Assembly: GCA_049302065.1 (NCBI GenBank)
Contig: JBAQLU010000241.1
Coordinates: 8,756 to 72,755, forward strand
Length of the DNA: 64,000 nucleotides
DNA from: Thermodesulfovibrionales bacterium
GTDB taxonomy: Bacteria; Nitrospirota; Thermodesulfovibrionia; Thermodesulfovibrionales; SM23-35
Reading direction: 5' to 3'
Below, piece by piece: positions 18,039-27,366 of this stretch. The position numbers and the translations under genes are program-made. Position 1 is the stretch's first letter. Each line of letters opens with the position of its first letter. The notes under the pieces were generated by a model. The model did not search any database and was not told the origin of the DNA. It saw only the letters and a list, made by a program, of their open reading frames with translations.

Positions 18039-19853
18039 ATGGCATTTACAGGTGATTTAGAACAGCTGCATATAGTTGATGTAATTCAACTGATCCATAC
18101 GACAAGGAAGTCCGGCACTTTTTCTATTAAAGGACCCAGGGGCGAAAGCCGGGTCATCTTCAGTAATGGCTATATCGTCGGTGCAAATCATCTCAATAAC
18201 AGAATCCGCATCGGCACGGTTCTTGTAAAATTGAATACAATAACCCCCGAAGATCTCAAACAGGCTCTTGAAGTCCAGAAGAAAGCAAAAAAGGATCGCA
18301 AACCCTTACTTGTTACGCTGATCGAATCAGGCAAATTAAGACAGGAAGAAGCAGCCAAAGGATTGAAAAAGCTGATCGAGATTACGATTGTTGAATTGAT
18401 AGGCTGGACAAAAGGAACCTTTACCCTTGATACAGAGGCAATCGCTGTCTCTCCGGATTGCAGTTATATCCCGGACAGAATGGAGCAGACAGTAAGCCTT
18501 GATGCCCAAATGGTATTGATGGACGCTCTCCGAATATATGATGAGCGGGAACGTGATCGAAATTCAGGGAAACATATTCCGCCGGATGAAGAATTGTTTG
18601 CGGAAGTCATTCCATCAGATGAGACTGTACAAACAGGTGATAAGGACAAAGTCATTACCGCAGACGTTCTGGGATTGGCAGATCTGGAACACCTGGAGAA
18701 AAAGATACCCTCGTCTTTTTCTGTTAAAGAAATTTTCAGTCCGATCGAAATCCATCGTCAGAACATAAAGGATACTTTAGGGGATTTTTCATCTGAGGAG
18801 CAGGATAACTTTGTCTCTTTCCTGGAAAAGTGTATAAAGAGCGCCGGGGCACAGAAAGACCTGGTAAAATCCGAAAGGCTTGCGAAGGTGATTATCCTGT
18901 TCAGCCGGGACAGGCTTATCAAACATTCTGTTATGACTATCTGTAAAAACGAAGGCATCCTTGTGTTTGCGACTGACAAGGAAGAGGAATTTTACAGTAT
19001 CATAGACGAGTGTCTCGCAAAAAATAGCCTGCCTGTCCTGATTTTTGACAGCCCTGAGACCTCGGAGTGGGGTCTTTCCGAAAAAACTATCGTTAGCCTG
19101 CGGCAGCAGGCAATAAAAAGATACCCGCGGGTGTCATCCATTCAATTCGCCTCTGTCCTGCATTATACATTTTTTCTGCAATCGTTTAGCGATGGTGTCA
19201 TAGCCGTCTTTCCCAGACCCCTCAGGGAAGCCAGACAAGAGATGTTCATTGAAGATACGATAAAATTTCTGGAAACTTTCAAATCGTATATCAATGATTT
19301 ACTGGATAAACAGCAGCAGCTCTCAATTGTAGATAACCGGTTCGGAAAGCTCAGGGAAAAGCTCTCAGCTTTTCGTGACCTTAACGAACCTATTGATATA
19401 TCATTTGCCCTTCTTCAGTACATTGCTGAAATATTTGAGCGATCGATCACTTTTATCGTTCGCCCGGCAGAGCTTACAGGAGAAAGAGCCCTGGGAGTGC
19501 ATAATGAAAGGGATAAGGGACCAAGTTCGGCATCGAGACTGAAGATTCCCCTGACAGAACCTTCCGTCTTCCGTGATGTAATTGAAAAAGGACAGTTCTT
19601 CTATGGAGAGTGTGATGATGAAGTCTTAAGGGAATATCTTTATGCAGGGATTGGTGCACCACTAAAACCAACAATACTAATCCTTCCAGTGAAGAGTCGC
19701 GGTAAAATCGTTACCCTGACATATGGCGATTACGGCAAACAAGATGTGTCGCCGGCACAAAATGATATACTTGAAATCCTGGCAGACCAGGCCGGCCTGG
19801 CTATCGAAAATGCCTTTCACCGCAAGATGCTCACTAAGACGTCCCGGAAATGA
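18039..19853 (+). CDS. DUF4388 (PATAN-type) domain protein with C-terminal GAF-like domain
   Basis: N-terminus 'MAFTGDLEQLHIVDVIQLIHTTRKSGTFSIKG' is the DUF4388 signature. The C-terminal ~170 aa end in 'LEILADQAGLAIENAFHRKML', a GAF-type ending. The ORF opens at 17994 but ATG 18039 fits the domain start. Confidence 0.65.
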   Translation: MAFTGDLEQLHIVDVIQLIHTTRKSGTFSIKGPRGESRVIFSNGYIVGANHLNNRIRIGTVLVKLNTITPEDLKQALEVQKKAKKDRKPLLVTLIESGKLRQEEAAKGLKKLIEITIVELIGWTKGTFTLDTEAIAVSPDCSYIPDRMEQTVSLDAQMVLMDALRIYDERERDRNSGKHIPPDEELFAEVIPSDETVQTGDKDKVITADVLGLADLEHLEKKIPSSFSVKEIFSPIEIHRQNIKDTLGDFSSEEQDNFVSFLEKCIKSAGAQKDLVKSERLAKVIILFSRDRLIKHSVMTICKNEGILVFATDKEEEFYSIIDECLAKNSLPVLIFDSPETSEWGLSEKTIVSLRQQAIKRYPRVSSIQFASVLHYTFFLQSFSDGVIAVFPRPLREARQEMFIEDTIKFLETFKSYINDLLDKQQQLSIVDNRFGKLREKLSAFRDLNEPIDISFALLQYIAEIFERSITFIVRPAELTGERALGVHNERDKGPSSASRLKIPLTEPSVFRDVIEKGQFFYGECDDEVLREYLYAGIGAPLKPTILILPVKSRGKIVTLTYGDYGKQDVSPAQNDILEILADQAGLAIENAFHRKMLTKTSRK

Positions 19854-19878
19854 AGAGACTCAACGCCTTTATGGAATC

Positions 19879-20973
19879 ATGAATAATTCAAGAAAGGAAA
19901 AGACTATGGACATTGCCACCTTTACGCAAATTCTCGAAATCGCCTTTAAAAAGAAGGTTTCCGATATCCATTTTGAAGTGGACAATCCACCGATATTCAG
20001 GGCTTTCGGGCACCTGATCCGCTCAAAACTGAATACCTTAACAAAAACCGATACCGAGTTTATCGCTTCAACTGTTATGGAGCAGAGCAGACGAAAGCTT
20101 CCTGAAAATTTAACGGAATTCGACACTTCTTATACTTTGCCTGACGTGGGTCGTTTTCGCGTCAGCATCTTCCGGCAGCGTGGCAATATCGGTATTGTAA
20201 TGCGTGTAATACCTCACTATATCGGCACATTCGAAGAACTGAATCTCCCTGCTGTATTGGGGAGTATTGTAAAAGCCCCGAACGGACTGATTCTTGTCTG
20301 CGGACCCACCGGCAATGGGAAATCTACGACGCTTGCTTCTATGATCCGGTTTATCAACGACAATTTCAGCTATAGTATTATTACCATCGAGGACCCCATC
20401 GAGTTTATTTTTCCTTCAACTCAAAGCTGTATTATCCAGAGAGAACTGGGTATCGATACAGAGAGTTTTGGAGGCGCCTTAAAGGCAGCTATGCGTATGG
20501 ATCCTGATGTCATAATGGTCGGAGAACTGCGTGATATAGAAACGATAGACGCCTGCATCAAAGCTGCTGAAACAGGGCATCTTGTATTATCGACACTCCA
20601 TACTAACAATGCAGCTTCTACTATCAACCGCATTGTCGGGTACTATCCCCCGCAGGCCCAGGAGAATGTCCGCCATAGACTATCAGAAATCCTGGTGGCT
20701 ACAGTTTCCTTGCGACTCGTAAGGGGAAAGAGCGGCGATCAAATTTTGCCGGCATTAGAAGTAATGTATACGACGTCTACAATCAAGGCATGTATCCGTG
20801 ATGGTCACCTCGATGAAATCGAACACCACATTGAAAAAGGACGCGATGAATATCAGATGCAGACACTCGACCAGCATTTGATTCAACTCTGCAAACAGAA
20901 TATCATAACTCTCGATGAAGCAAAGAGGCTTTCCCGCTCATCAGACCTGGAACGTAAGCTGATGTATTATTAG
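19879..20973 (+). CDS. pilT: Type IV pilus retraction ATPase PilT family
   Basis: Walker A 'GPTGNGKST', Asp box 'IEDPIEF', Walker B 'IMVGELRD', His box 'STLHTNNAAS'. ATG 19879 (MNNSRKEKTMDIATF...) avoids the 130-nt overlap implied by the ORF-track start at 19723. Confidence 0.9.
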   Translation: MNNSRKEKTMDIATFTQILEIAFKKKVSDIHFEVDNPPIFRAFGHLIRSKLNTLTKTDTEFIASTVMEQSRRKLPENLTEFDTSYTLPDVGRFRVSIFRQRGNIGIVMRVIPHYIGTFEELNLPAVLGSIVKAPNGLILVCGPTGNGKSTTLASMIRFINDNFSYSIITIEDPIEFIFPSTQSCIIQRELGIDTESFGGALKAAMRMDPDVIMVGELRDIETIDACIKAAETGHLVLSTLHTNNAASTINRIVGYYPPQAQENVRHRLSEILVATVSLRLVRGKSGDQILPALEVMYTTSTIKACIRDGHLDEIEHHIEKGRDEYQMQTLDQHLIQLCKQNIITLDEAKRLSRSSDLERKLMYY

Positions 20974-21062
20974 CCGATCAACTATTTCCATATCCGTAAA
21001 GCATCTGACGTAAAATTCTATATTTAGAGTTTATCCATAAATGCATGAAAAATCCAACGGCT

Positions 21063-21153
21063 GTCATTCCCGCAAGTGAAGCGCGTCGGGAATCTTTCTG
21101 ATTCTTCTTTCTTGGGGAGGATGCCAGAAGGATTCTGGACAAGCCAGAATGAC
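21063..21153. repeat. Family-A MITE-like palindromic repeat
   Basis: gtcattcccgcaagtgaagcgcgtcgggaatctttctg...agaaggattctggacaagccagaatgac. Confidence 0.8.
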
Positions 21154-21231
21154 AATACTTAGTATATAAATGTGGTGTTACTAAGAAGTGCATAAGTAAA
21201 ACCGCATCATATGCGAATGTTGTCATTATCC

Positions 21232-21296
21232 GGCTTGACCGGATAATCCAGTTTTTTCAATAGGTTCTGGATCCCCCGGTCAAGCCGGAGGATGAC
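21232..21296. repeat. Family-A MITE-like palindromic repeat ('aatccag' subfamily)
   Basis: gtcattatccggcttgaccggataatccag...ctggatcccccggtcaagccggaggatgac, in tandem with the copy at 21063. Confidence 0.8.
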
Positions 21297-21375
21297 GGTT
21301 ATGAGTCCTTACTTATGAACTTATCAGTACTTATGAACTCCTTACTAATAAAAAATCGTTTCCCGACCGATGACT

Positions 21376-23295
21376 TCAGGTGGCTGCGATATTTCCTGTA
21401 GGCATGGTGCTTTTCATAAACATCTTACCATAAGTTTTTGTCAGGATCCGTTCATCACAGATAATAATCCTGCCTGTATCCGTCTTGCTTCTGATCAACC
21501 TTCCAAAGCCCTGCCTGAATTTCAGTACAGCACGCGGGAGACTGTATTCATAAAAAGCATTGCCTCCTTCCCTCTCGATCATCTCAGTCCTCGCCTGAAC
21601 AATAGGTTCAGTAGGAACCTCAAATGGCAGTTTAGTAATAATAAGGCACTTTAGGGCATCTCCGCAAACATCAACCCCTTCCCAAAAAGAATCAAGGCCA
21701 AAGATCACTGTATTCCTGCTTTTTCTCATAGTCTCAAGCATCCTCCTGCTTGAGGATTCCCCCTGCACCATGGGGTTAAGATTAATCTTCGATAGTTCTT
21801 CAGCGGTCAGTTCCCGGGTCTTTCTCATGACATCCTTTGAGGTAAAAAGGACAAGGGTACCTCCCTTTGCCCTGCCCGCCTCTTCAATGATTACACCTGC
21901 CAGTTTCTCAATGCTGTCTTCATCTCTAAGGTCGATACCTTTTTTGATCTCTACAGAAACCTGGTTTTTCATATCGAAAGGTGATGAAACAGACAACTTT
22001 TGTGAACCATGGACACCAAGAGCATTTTCTATAAGTTTGAAATCTCCTGAGACAGAGAGGGTAGCAGATGTGAGGATGATGGACTTATATTCCGGCAGGA
22101 GATTGCTTTTAATAAATTCGGATGGATATACGGGAGACATCCTGAGCGCTGTATTCTTTTCTTCTGTCTCAACCCATCTGACAAAACCGGGGGTTTCGTC
22201 ACAGAATGTTTTCATATCTTCTGCAACAGCAAGAAGCTTTACGATTGAAGCTTTGAGCTCGATCTCTTCATCCTCCTCAAAGAGCCCCATAGCGGATGTT
22301 TTGATGCTCTCAAGAAGTGTCTCTATAGATTCAACGAGCGCCATTAAAGAATAGTTCAGGGGAAAAGATCCTCTTATAATTGTTCTGCTTTTCATTTCCT
22401 TTGCGACCTGTTCCCAGAAAAAGGATGTCTCCATCCGTAATGATTCAACAACCGGAAAAAGTGCAGGAGATTTTGAAAGCAGCCCCTTGTAGTTGCCTCT
22501 TTCGTCTGTCTTCAGCAGCCTGTTGAATATCTTATCGAGACCCCGGTTTGAGAGTCTCATCCCGATCTGGTCGGAAAAAACCGTATCTAAAGCATGCGCC
22601 TCGTCAATTACCAGGATATCTGTTTCAGGTAGTATTCTGGAATCATGCTGCATCATGGCACTGACTGCCAGGAGGGCATGGTTTGTAACTACAATCTGGG
22701 CCTGAGACCATTGCTGGCGTGCCATAAAATAATAGCAGTCTCTGTAAAACTGACACTTCTTGCCTTTGCAGGCATCCGCATCGGAACATATCCTGTCCCA
22801 TATGACGGGTTTCCTTCGGGAGATGTAATCTTCGATATCCCCTGTTTCCGTCTCCATAACCCATTCAAGCAGATCCTCATGCTCATCGAGGTCACCCCTG
22901 TCAGCCGGCTTGAACGCATTTAACCTTCTCTTGCAGAGATAGTGCCCCCTTCCCTTGGCGATTGCGCATCTGAATTCTCTCAGAGAAGATAGAAACCTGA
23001 GGTCCTTGGAGACGAGCTGTTCCTGCAGGTTGATTGTGCGGGTTGTTACCAGTGCCTTTTTCCCCGAAAGGATCGCAGGGATGAGATAAGCAAAAGTCTT
23101 CCCGGTCCCTGTCCCGGCCTCTGCGAGGAGAATCCCGCCTTCCTCTATATTCCTTGCGCCGGCATTCATCATATTCACCTGCGAGGGCCTTATCTCATAA
23201 TTTTCGAGAGCCCTGCTTACTATTTCGGTCAGAAAAGCCTCTGATTCCCTGGCCAGCGCTGATTTATTACTGTCGCTAAGATTATTTTGACTCAT
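21376..23295 (-). CDS. dinG: ATP-dependent DNA helicase, DinG/XPD (Rad3) family with Fe-S cluster cysteines
   Basis: 639 aa. Walker A 'AGTGTGKT', DEAH box 'VIDEAHAL', and four Cys between motifs I and II ('HYLCKRR', 'ACKGKKCQFYRDC'). Confidence 0.85.
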   Translation of the reverse strand: MSQNNLSDSNKSALARESEAFLTEIVSRALENYEIRPSQVNMMNAGARNIEEGGILLAEAGTGTGKTFAYLIPAILSGKKALVTTRTINLQEQLVSKDLRFLSSLREFRCAIAKGRGHYLCKRRLNAFKPADRGDLDEHEDLLEWVMETETGDIEDYISRRKPVIWDRICSDADACKGKKCQFYRDCYYFMARQQWSQAQIVVTNHALLAVSAMMQHDSRILPETDILVIDEAHALDTVFSDQIGMRLSNRGLDKIFNRLLKTDERGNYKGLLSKSPALFPVVESLRMETSFFWEQVAKEMKSRTIIRGSFPLNYSLMALVESIETLLESIKTSAMGLFEEDEEIELKASIVKLLAVAEDMKTFCDETPGFVRWVETEEKNTALRMSPVYPSEFIKSNLLPEYKSIILTSATLSVSGDFKLIENALGVHGSQKLSVSSPFDMKNQVSVEIKKGIDLRDEDSIEKLAGVIIEEAGRAKGGTLVLFTSKDVMRKTRELTAEELSKINLNPMVQGESSSRRMLETMRKSRNTVIFGLDSFWEGVDVCGDALKCLIITKLPFEVPTEPIVQARTEMIEREGGNAFYEYSLPRAVLKFRQGFGRLIRSKTDTGRIIICDERILTKTYGKMFMKSTMPTGNIAAT

Positions 23296-23491
23296 ATTTA
23301 ATGATTATCCTATTTCCAAATTTTTTCAATATGGTTTTTTCTACAGGCCGCATCGTCTTCATAAGTTCTTCATATTCCATTCATTACTTCTTAATAATTT
23401 TCGTATAATATAAAAGTAATAAGCAAATTGACTGCGGTACAATTCAAGGAAACAGAGATATTAAACCAAGAGAAAGGCGGTAATAAATACT

Positions 23492-23644
23492 ATGAAAGCT
23501 CATAAATGCATGAAATGCGACAATTCAACGAACCAGAAAGACGGCATCTGTGTCATATGCAGGTTAGGAATCACACAGATGCATACAGAGTTGGTTGATT
23601 TGATGAAGAAGAAGAAAAAATTGCACCTCCATACAAAGACATAG
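23492..23644 (+). CDS. Possible 50-aa zinc-ribbon protein
   Basis: Own translation: MKAHKCMKCDNSTNQKDGICVICRLGITQMHTELVDLMKKKKKLHLHTKT. It has CxxC...CxxC, and RBS-like aaaggcgg sits ~11 nt upstream. It is below the ORF-track length cutoff. Confidence 0.3.
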   Translation: MKAHKCMKCDNSTNQKDGICVICRLGITQMHTELVDLMKKKKKLHLHTKT

Positions 23645-23697
23645 AAATGAGACAGAAAAGCAGGCGCTAACACTGCTATAAATAAGGATACATGACT

Positions 23698-23766
23698 GTC
23701 ATTGCCCGACTTGATCGGGCAATCCAGAGAAAGGAACTGGATTCACCGGTCGAGCCGGAGAATGAC
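23698..23766. repeat. Family-A MITE-like palindromic repeat ('aatccag' subfamily)
   Basis: gtcattgcccgacttgatcgggcaatccagagaaaggaactggattcaccggtcgagccggagaatgac. Confidence 0.8.
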
Positions 23767-23819
23767 AAACAGACGAAACTATGTCGCCATACTAACGACC
23801 GCATTAGTAAATCCGTTCC

Positions 23820-24155
23820 CTATTGAAGCCTCTGATAGTTTCTTAAAAATTTTTCCTTGTCCATAGTTCCATCACCGTATACGTCAAAATACCGTATCCG
23901 GAAAGGGCTGGTTTTTTTATCATCACTCTTATATTTGTAACGATCCCATTCGTCGTTCGTAATAGTGTCGTCCCCGTCGGTATCGATCGTGTTCCATTCC
24001 TCCCTGCTTATTTTGCCATCCTTGTCTTTGTCACAGGCGTCGTAGATTTCATCAGGACTGCATTCAGCTTTCTCATCTTCTGCAAAACATAAGGCAGCTG
24101 TCAGCATCATCATAACTGATACTGCCAGTACAACTATACATCTGAATCTGTTCAT
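23820..24155 (-). CDS. Secreted EF-hand calcium-binding protein
   Basis: 111 aa with a signal peptide. There are three EF-hand loops: 'DKDKDGKISREEW', 'DTDGDDTITNDEW' and 'DVYGDGTMDKEKF'. Confidence 0.75.
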   Translation of the reverse strand: MNRFRCIVVLAVSVMMMLTAALCFAEDEKAECSPDEIYDACDKDKDGKISREEWNTIDTDGDDTITNDEWDRYKYKSDDKKTSPFRIRYFDVYGDGTMDKEKFLRNYQRLQ

Positions 24156-24173
24156 CTGTTCCTCCTTACAGGA

Positions 24174-25586
24174 TCACTCATGGTAAATAATTGCATCTAT
24201 TTTTTCGTTGCTGCGAACTTCGTATGCCAGCTGGGCAGCTTCTTTTTTATTACTGAAATTACCTATCAGAACCCTGTAGATTACACCCGGCTTTTTGGTT
24301 GGGCATTCAAGAGTAAAAGCATCATAGCCTTTTTTTTTATATTTATCTGTGAAATCTTCTGCATTGCTTCTCTCTTTAAATAAGCCGATCTGAACATGGA
24401 CAGGATTGCTTCCATGCTGATTGTTGGGAATCGTAGATTTAAGCAGTTCTCTTTTTTCTATCGGCTTTTGGCCAACTTGCTTCTGAGTTAGTTCAGGCAG
24501 TTTAACGAATGTTTCTGCATGCTTAAAAAATGTGCCCGGCTGTTTTACGGATTCTATTTGTTCAGTTGGTTGTTGAACAGGTTCAGGCACAGGACCTGAT
24601 TGCTTTACGGGTTCCGGCTTTTCAAGAGGTTGTTGATCAGGTTCAGGATCTGTCATTGACTTCTGTGCAGGTTCAGGTTGTCCAACCGGTTGTATAGAAG
24701 ACTGAGACTCCCCTTCAGCAGGCGTATCAGTTTCCTCTACTTTCTTTTTACGGTATTGGACATATGCATCACGCAAAGAAACATAGGGATCAATGGCTGA
24801 TTTCTTAAAGTCCTCATAATCTCCTATATGGAATGTCGTTTCATTCACCTCGTCATAAACCTTTATCCCTACGGCTGCCTCCCATGGGTTGACATAACTG
24901 ACCGGATCCAGGAAACCGTCTCCGACCCTGCCAATTGTATCACGAAGAGACGATGGACCAAGGAAAGGCCAAACAAGATAAAACCCGTGGCCGATACCAT
25001 AACTGCCAAGGGTCTGGCCAAGGTCTTCATCATGCTGTTTGATGCCGAAATCGAGCTTTGCGGCATCAGCAAGACCACCGACCCCGGCTGTTGTGTTATA
25101 AACAAACCTGAGCAGTTCATTTCCGGCGTTTTTTACTTTCAACTGTAAAAGGTTGCTGATAAAACGTATCGGCATGGCAAGATTTGAAAAAAAGTTACTG
25201 ACCGCGAGTCTCATGTCTTCAGGAACTGCCTCTGAATACCCCCGGGCAACAGGTTTCAGTATCCAGAAATAGACCTTATCGTTAAAATGGTACATTGCAT
25301 TGTTCCATGGGCGTAAAGGATCGGATATCTTCACCGTCTCTTCTTCACCCTCTTCTTCGCCTTCATTGTTCCCGGTCGCAACAGATTTCGGCTCCTCTGC
25401 TTTCGCTGGATCCGGTTTTGCCTGGTCTGTTATAAGAGGTTTTTTCTCCTGCTCATGAGGAGTTTTTCCCTCTTCGGTTTCAATGAAAGATTTTTCCAGA
25501 AGATCTCCGGGAGAAACAGCAAATATATGGGAGGAACTCAACGAAAGACATATGAAGATTGCACACACCATAAAAATCAGCTTCAT
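24174..25586 (-). CDS. mlaA: MlaA/VacJ-family protein fused to a Pro-rich linker and C-terminal SPOR domain
   Basis: 470 aa. The MlaA core is 'DPLRPWNNAMYHFNDKVYFWILKPVARGYSEAVPEDMRLAVSNFFSNLAMPIRFISNLLQ'. The linker carries PEPxQxP-type repeats. The C-terminal 'VHVQIGLFKERSNAEDFTDKYKKKGYDAF...YRVLIGNFSNKKEAAQLAYEV' fits the SPOR pattern. Confidence 0.8.
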   Translation of the reverse strand: MKLIFMVCAIFICLSLSSSHIFAVSPGDLLEKSFIETEEGKTPHEQEKKPLITDQAKPDPAKAEEPKSVATGNNEGEEEGEEETVKISDPLRPWNNAMYHFNDKVYFWILKPVARGYSEAVPEDMRLAVSNFFSNLAMPIRFISNLLQLKVKNAGNELLRFVYNTTAGVGGLADAAKLDFGIKQHDEDLGQTLGSYGIGHGFYLVWPFLGPSSLRDTIGRVGDGFLDPVSYVNPWEAAVGIKVYDEVNETTFHIGDYEDFKKSAIDPYVSLRDAYVQYRKKKVEETDTPAEGESQSSIQPVGQPEPAQKSMTDPEPDQQPLEKPEPVKQSGPVPEPVQQPTEQIESVKQPGTFFKHAETFVKLPELTQKQVGQKPIEKRELLKSTIPNNQHGSNPVHVQIGLFKERSNAEDFTDKYKKKGYDAFTLECPTKKPGVIYRVLIGNFSNKKEAAQLAYEVRSNEKIDAIIYHE

Positions 25587-25621
25587 GAACTCCCCTCCTT
25601 TTTCATTACAACCTTTTATTT

Positions 25622-26215
25622 TTATGCCTTTCCGACTTTCTTTCTTAATGTATCGATCAATACTTCAGGCGATTTATTCATGAGGATCTCCCTGAATTGA
25701 TTGCGGTAGTTATTGATCAGGCTTACGCCTTCGATAACAACATCATATACCTTCCATTCTCCATCCTTTTGAATTACCCTGTAGTAAATAGGTATATCAG
25801 CCTTTTTTGTCAGAATTGTAGTTTGCACCTCAAATGTTTTTTCCGAGAGCTGGTTCTCTTTGCTGAAGGCTACCTTTTCATCCGTATAGTTTATGATCTT
25901 ATCAGCATACGCATCTTCAAGGAGAGACTTGTAGAGATCGGTAAACTCATTCTGCTGCGCAGTGTTCAGTTTCTTCCAGTCTATCCCCAATGTCCTCCTT
26001 GAAAGCTCGGAGTAGTCGAACATCTTGTCCGAAATAGACCGGATTTTCTGTCTCTTGGTCTTTTTCCCTGATTCTCCCTTAAGAGCCGGGTCACGTAAAA
26101 CATCAAGCACCTTATTGATGTTTCCTTTGACGCTGTCAAGCGGAGCGCCTGCATAGACTGAGAGCGGAACGATCAGAAGAATGATGAGCGTTAAAGCTAT
26201 TCCCTGCTTTTTCAT
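25622..26215 (-). CDS. mlaC: MlaC/Ttg2D-family periplasmic lipid-binding protein
   Basis: 197 aa with a signal peptide. Typical MlaC layout ('FDYSELSRRTLGIDWKKLNTAQQNEFTDLYKSLLEDAYADKI...WKVYDVVIEGVSLINNYRNQF'). Confidence 0.8.
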   Translation of the reverse strand: MKKQGIALTLIILLIVPLSVYAGAPLDSVKGNINKVLDVLRDPALKGESGKKTKRQKIRSISDKMFDYSELSRRTLGIDWKKLNTAQQNEFTDLYKSLLEDAYADKIINYTDEKVAFSKENQLSEKTFEVQTTILTKKADIPIYYRVIQKDGEWKVYDVVIEGVSLINNYRNQFREILMNKSPEVLIDTLRKKVGKA

Positions 26216-26330
26216 AGCTTCCCCCTTATATTTTTTTGGAGTCTTTATCCTTTTAAACAGATCAATTATATCATTTTCCTACCGGGGTTCAATCAACTTT
26301 TATTAATACTATAGCTATAGCGTGTTTTTT

Positions 26331-26405
26331 GTCATTCCCGAAGTTCGTAATCGGGAATCCATGGGTTTCAATACGTTCTGGATTCCGGGTCAAGCCCGGA
26401 ATGAC
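26331..26405. repeat. Family-A MITE-like palindromic repeat in the divergent mlaC / lipid-cluster promoter region
   Basis: gtcattcccgaagttcgtaatcgggaatccatgggtttcaatacgttctggattccgggtcaagcccggaatgac. Confidence 0.8.
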
Positions 26406-26510
26406 GATTAAAAACCATTGATTAGCGGTTTTTATTGAAAAGTGCCGCTGTAGTAATAATACTACCCTTTACAAGAAGCGTTTTCAACCTTTCCTATAAT
26501 ATATTAATCT

Positions 26511-27338
26511 ATGATATATTATAGATTCAAAATTATGCACTGTAATTTCTTTAAAGATAAAATTGCATTGATAACAGGTAGTTCCCGTGGCATCGGGAGC
26601 GCAATTGCGCGGAATTTTGCCCGGGAGGGCGCTGATATTGTTGTTAATTTCCGCAAATCAGGAGGTAAATCCCAGGAGCAGGGAGAACTCCTGTGTAAAG
26701 ATATCCGGGATATGGGACGCCGTGCCTTCCTCATTCAGGCTGATATAGCTGTGAAGGAATCAGTGAAAGAGATGTTTCATGAAATAAATGAAAAATGCGG
26801 TCGGCTGGACTTTCTCATTCTGAATGCTGCAAAGGCGCCTTTCAAACCATTGGAGAAACTTCCCGAGAGGGAATTGCGACAGCTTGTTGAAACGAATTAC
26901 CTTGGCAACATCTTCTGCGTCCAGGCAGCCCTTCCCTTGCTGGAAAATTCAGCAGGGAAAATCGTTTTTATATCGAGTCTCGGAAGCCGTTTTTACAACC
27001 CTGCATATCCACTTGGAACCATGAAGGCAGCAATGGAATCCGCTGTCAGAGACCTTGCTGAAAGCCTGAGCACAAGGAAGATATCAGTCAATGGCGTATG
27101 CGGAGGCATTGTGAAGACAGACTCTTTTAAAGTCCTCCGTCAGTACTGGGAAGAACTTGACCAGATACCCAATGAGCTTTTTGTTGAACCTGATGAGATA
27201 GCAGACGCTGTCCTTTTCCTCTGTGACCCTGCGAGCAGGGGGATACAGGGGCAGATGATCGTTGTTGACAGGGGACTCAGCAACAGACTTTACAGACCTT
27301 TCCCCAAAGCAGATAAAAAACAGGAATTATCATATTGA
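26511..27338 (+). CDS. SDR-family reductase, FabL-like (putative enoyl-ACP reductase)
   Basis: 'IALITGSSRGIGSAIA' NAD(P)-binding motif. 'ISSLGSRFYNPAYPLGTMKAAMESAVRDLA' resembles the FabL 'SSLGS..Y...Y...KAA' catalytic region. An alternative start is ATG 26535. Confidence 0.7.
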   Translation: MIYYRFKIMHCNFFKDKIALITGSSRGIGSAIARNFAREGADIVVNFRKSGGKSQEQGELLCKDIRDMGRRAFLIQADIAVKESVKEMFHEINEKCGRLDFLILNAAKAPFKPLEKLPERELRQLVETNYLGNIFCVQAALPLLENSAGKIVFISSLGSRFYNPAYPLGTMKAAMESAVRDLAESLSTRKISVNGVCGGIVKTDSFKVLRQYWEELDQIPNELFVEPDEIADAVLFLCDPASRGIQGQMIVVDRGLSNRLYRPFPKADKKQELSY

Positions 27339-27366
27339 AATATATGCCTTATTTGGAGGTTACCTT

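Noticed and set aside
19723-19878. Upstream extensions of ORF-track starts (pilT 19723, ACP 27262, typA to 38554, DUF4388 17994, HK 60856)
   Set aside because: The extensions overlap upstream genes or lack homology-like sequence. Internal ATGs with RBS-like context coincide with the family N-termini.
24540-24700. Tandem DNA repeat / VNTR
   Set aside because: The periodicity is the coding sequence of the imperfect PEPxQxP linker of the MlaA-SPOR protein. It is in frame and not an independent repeat locus.
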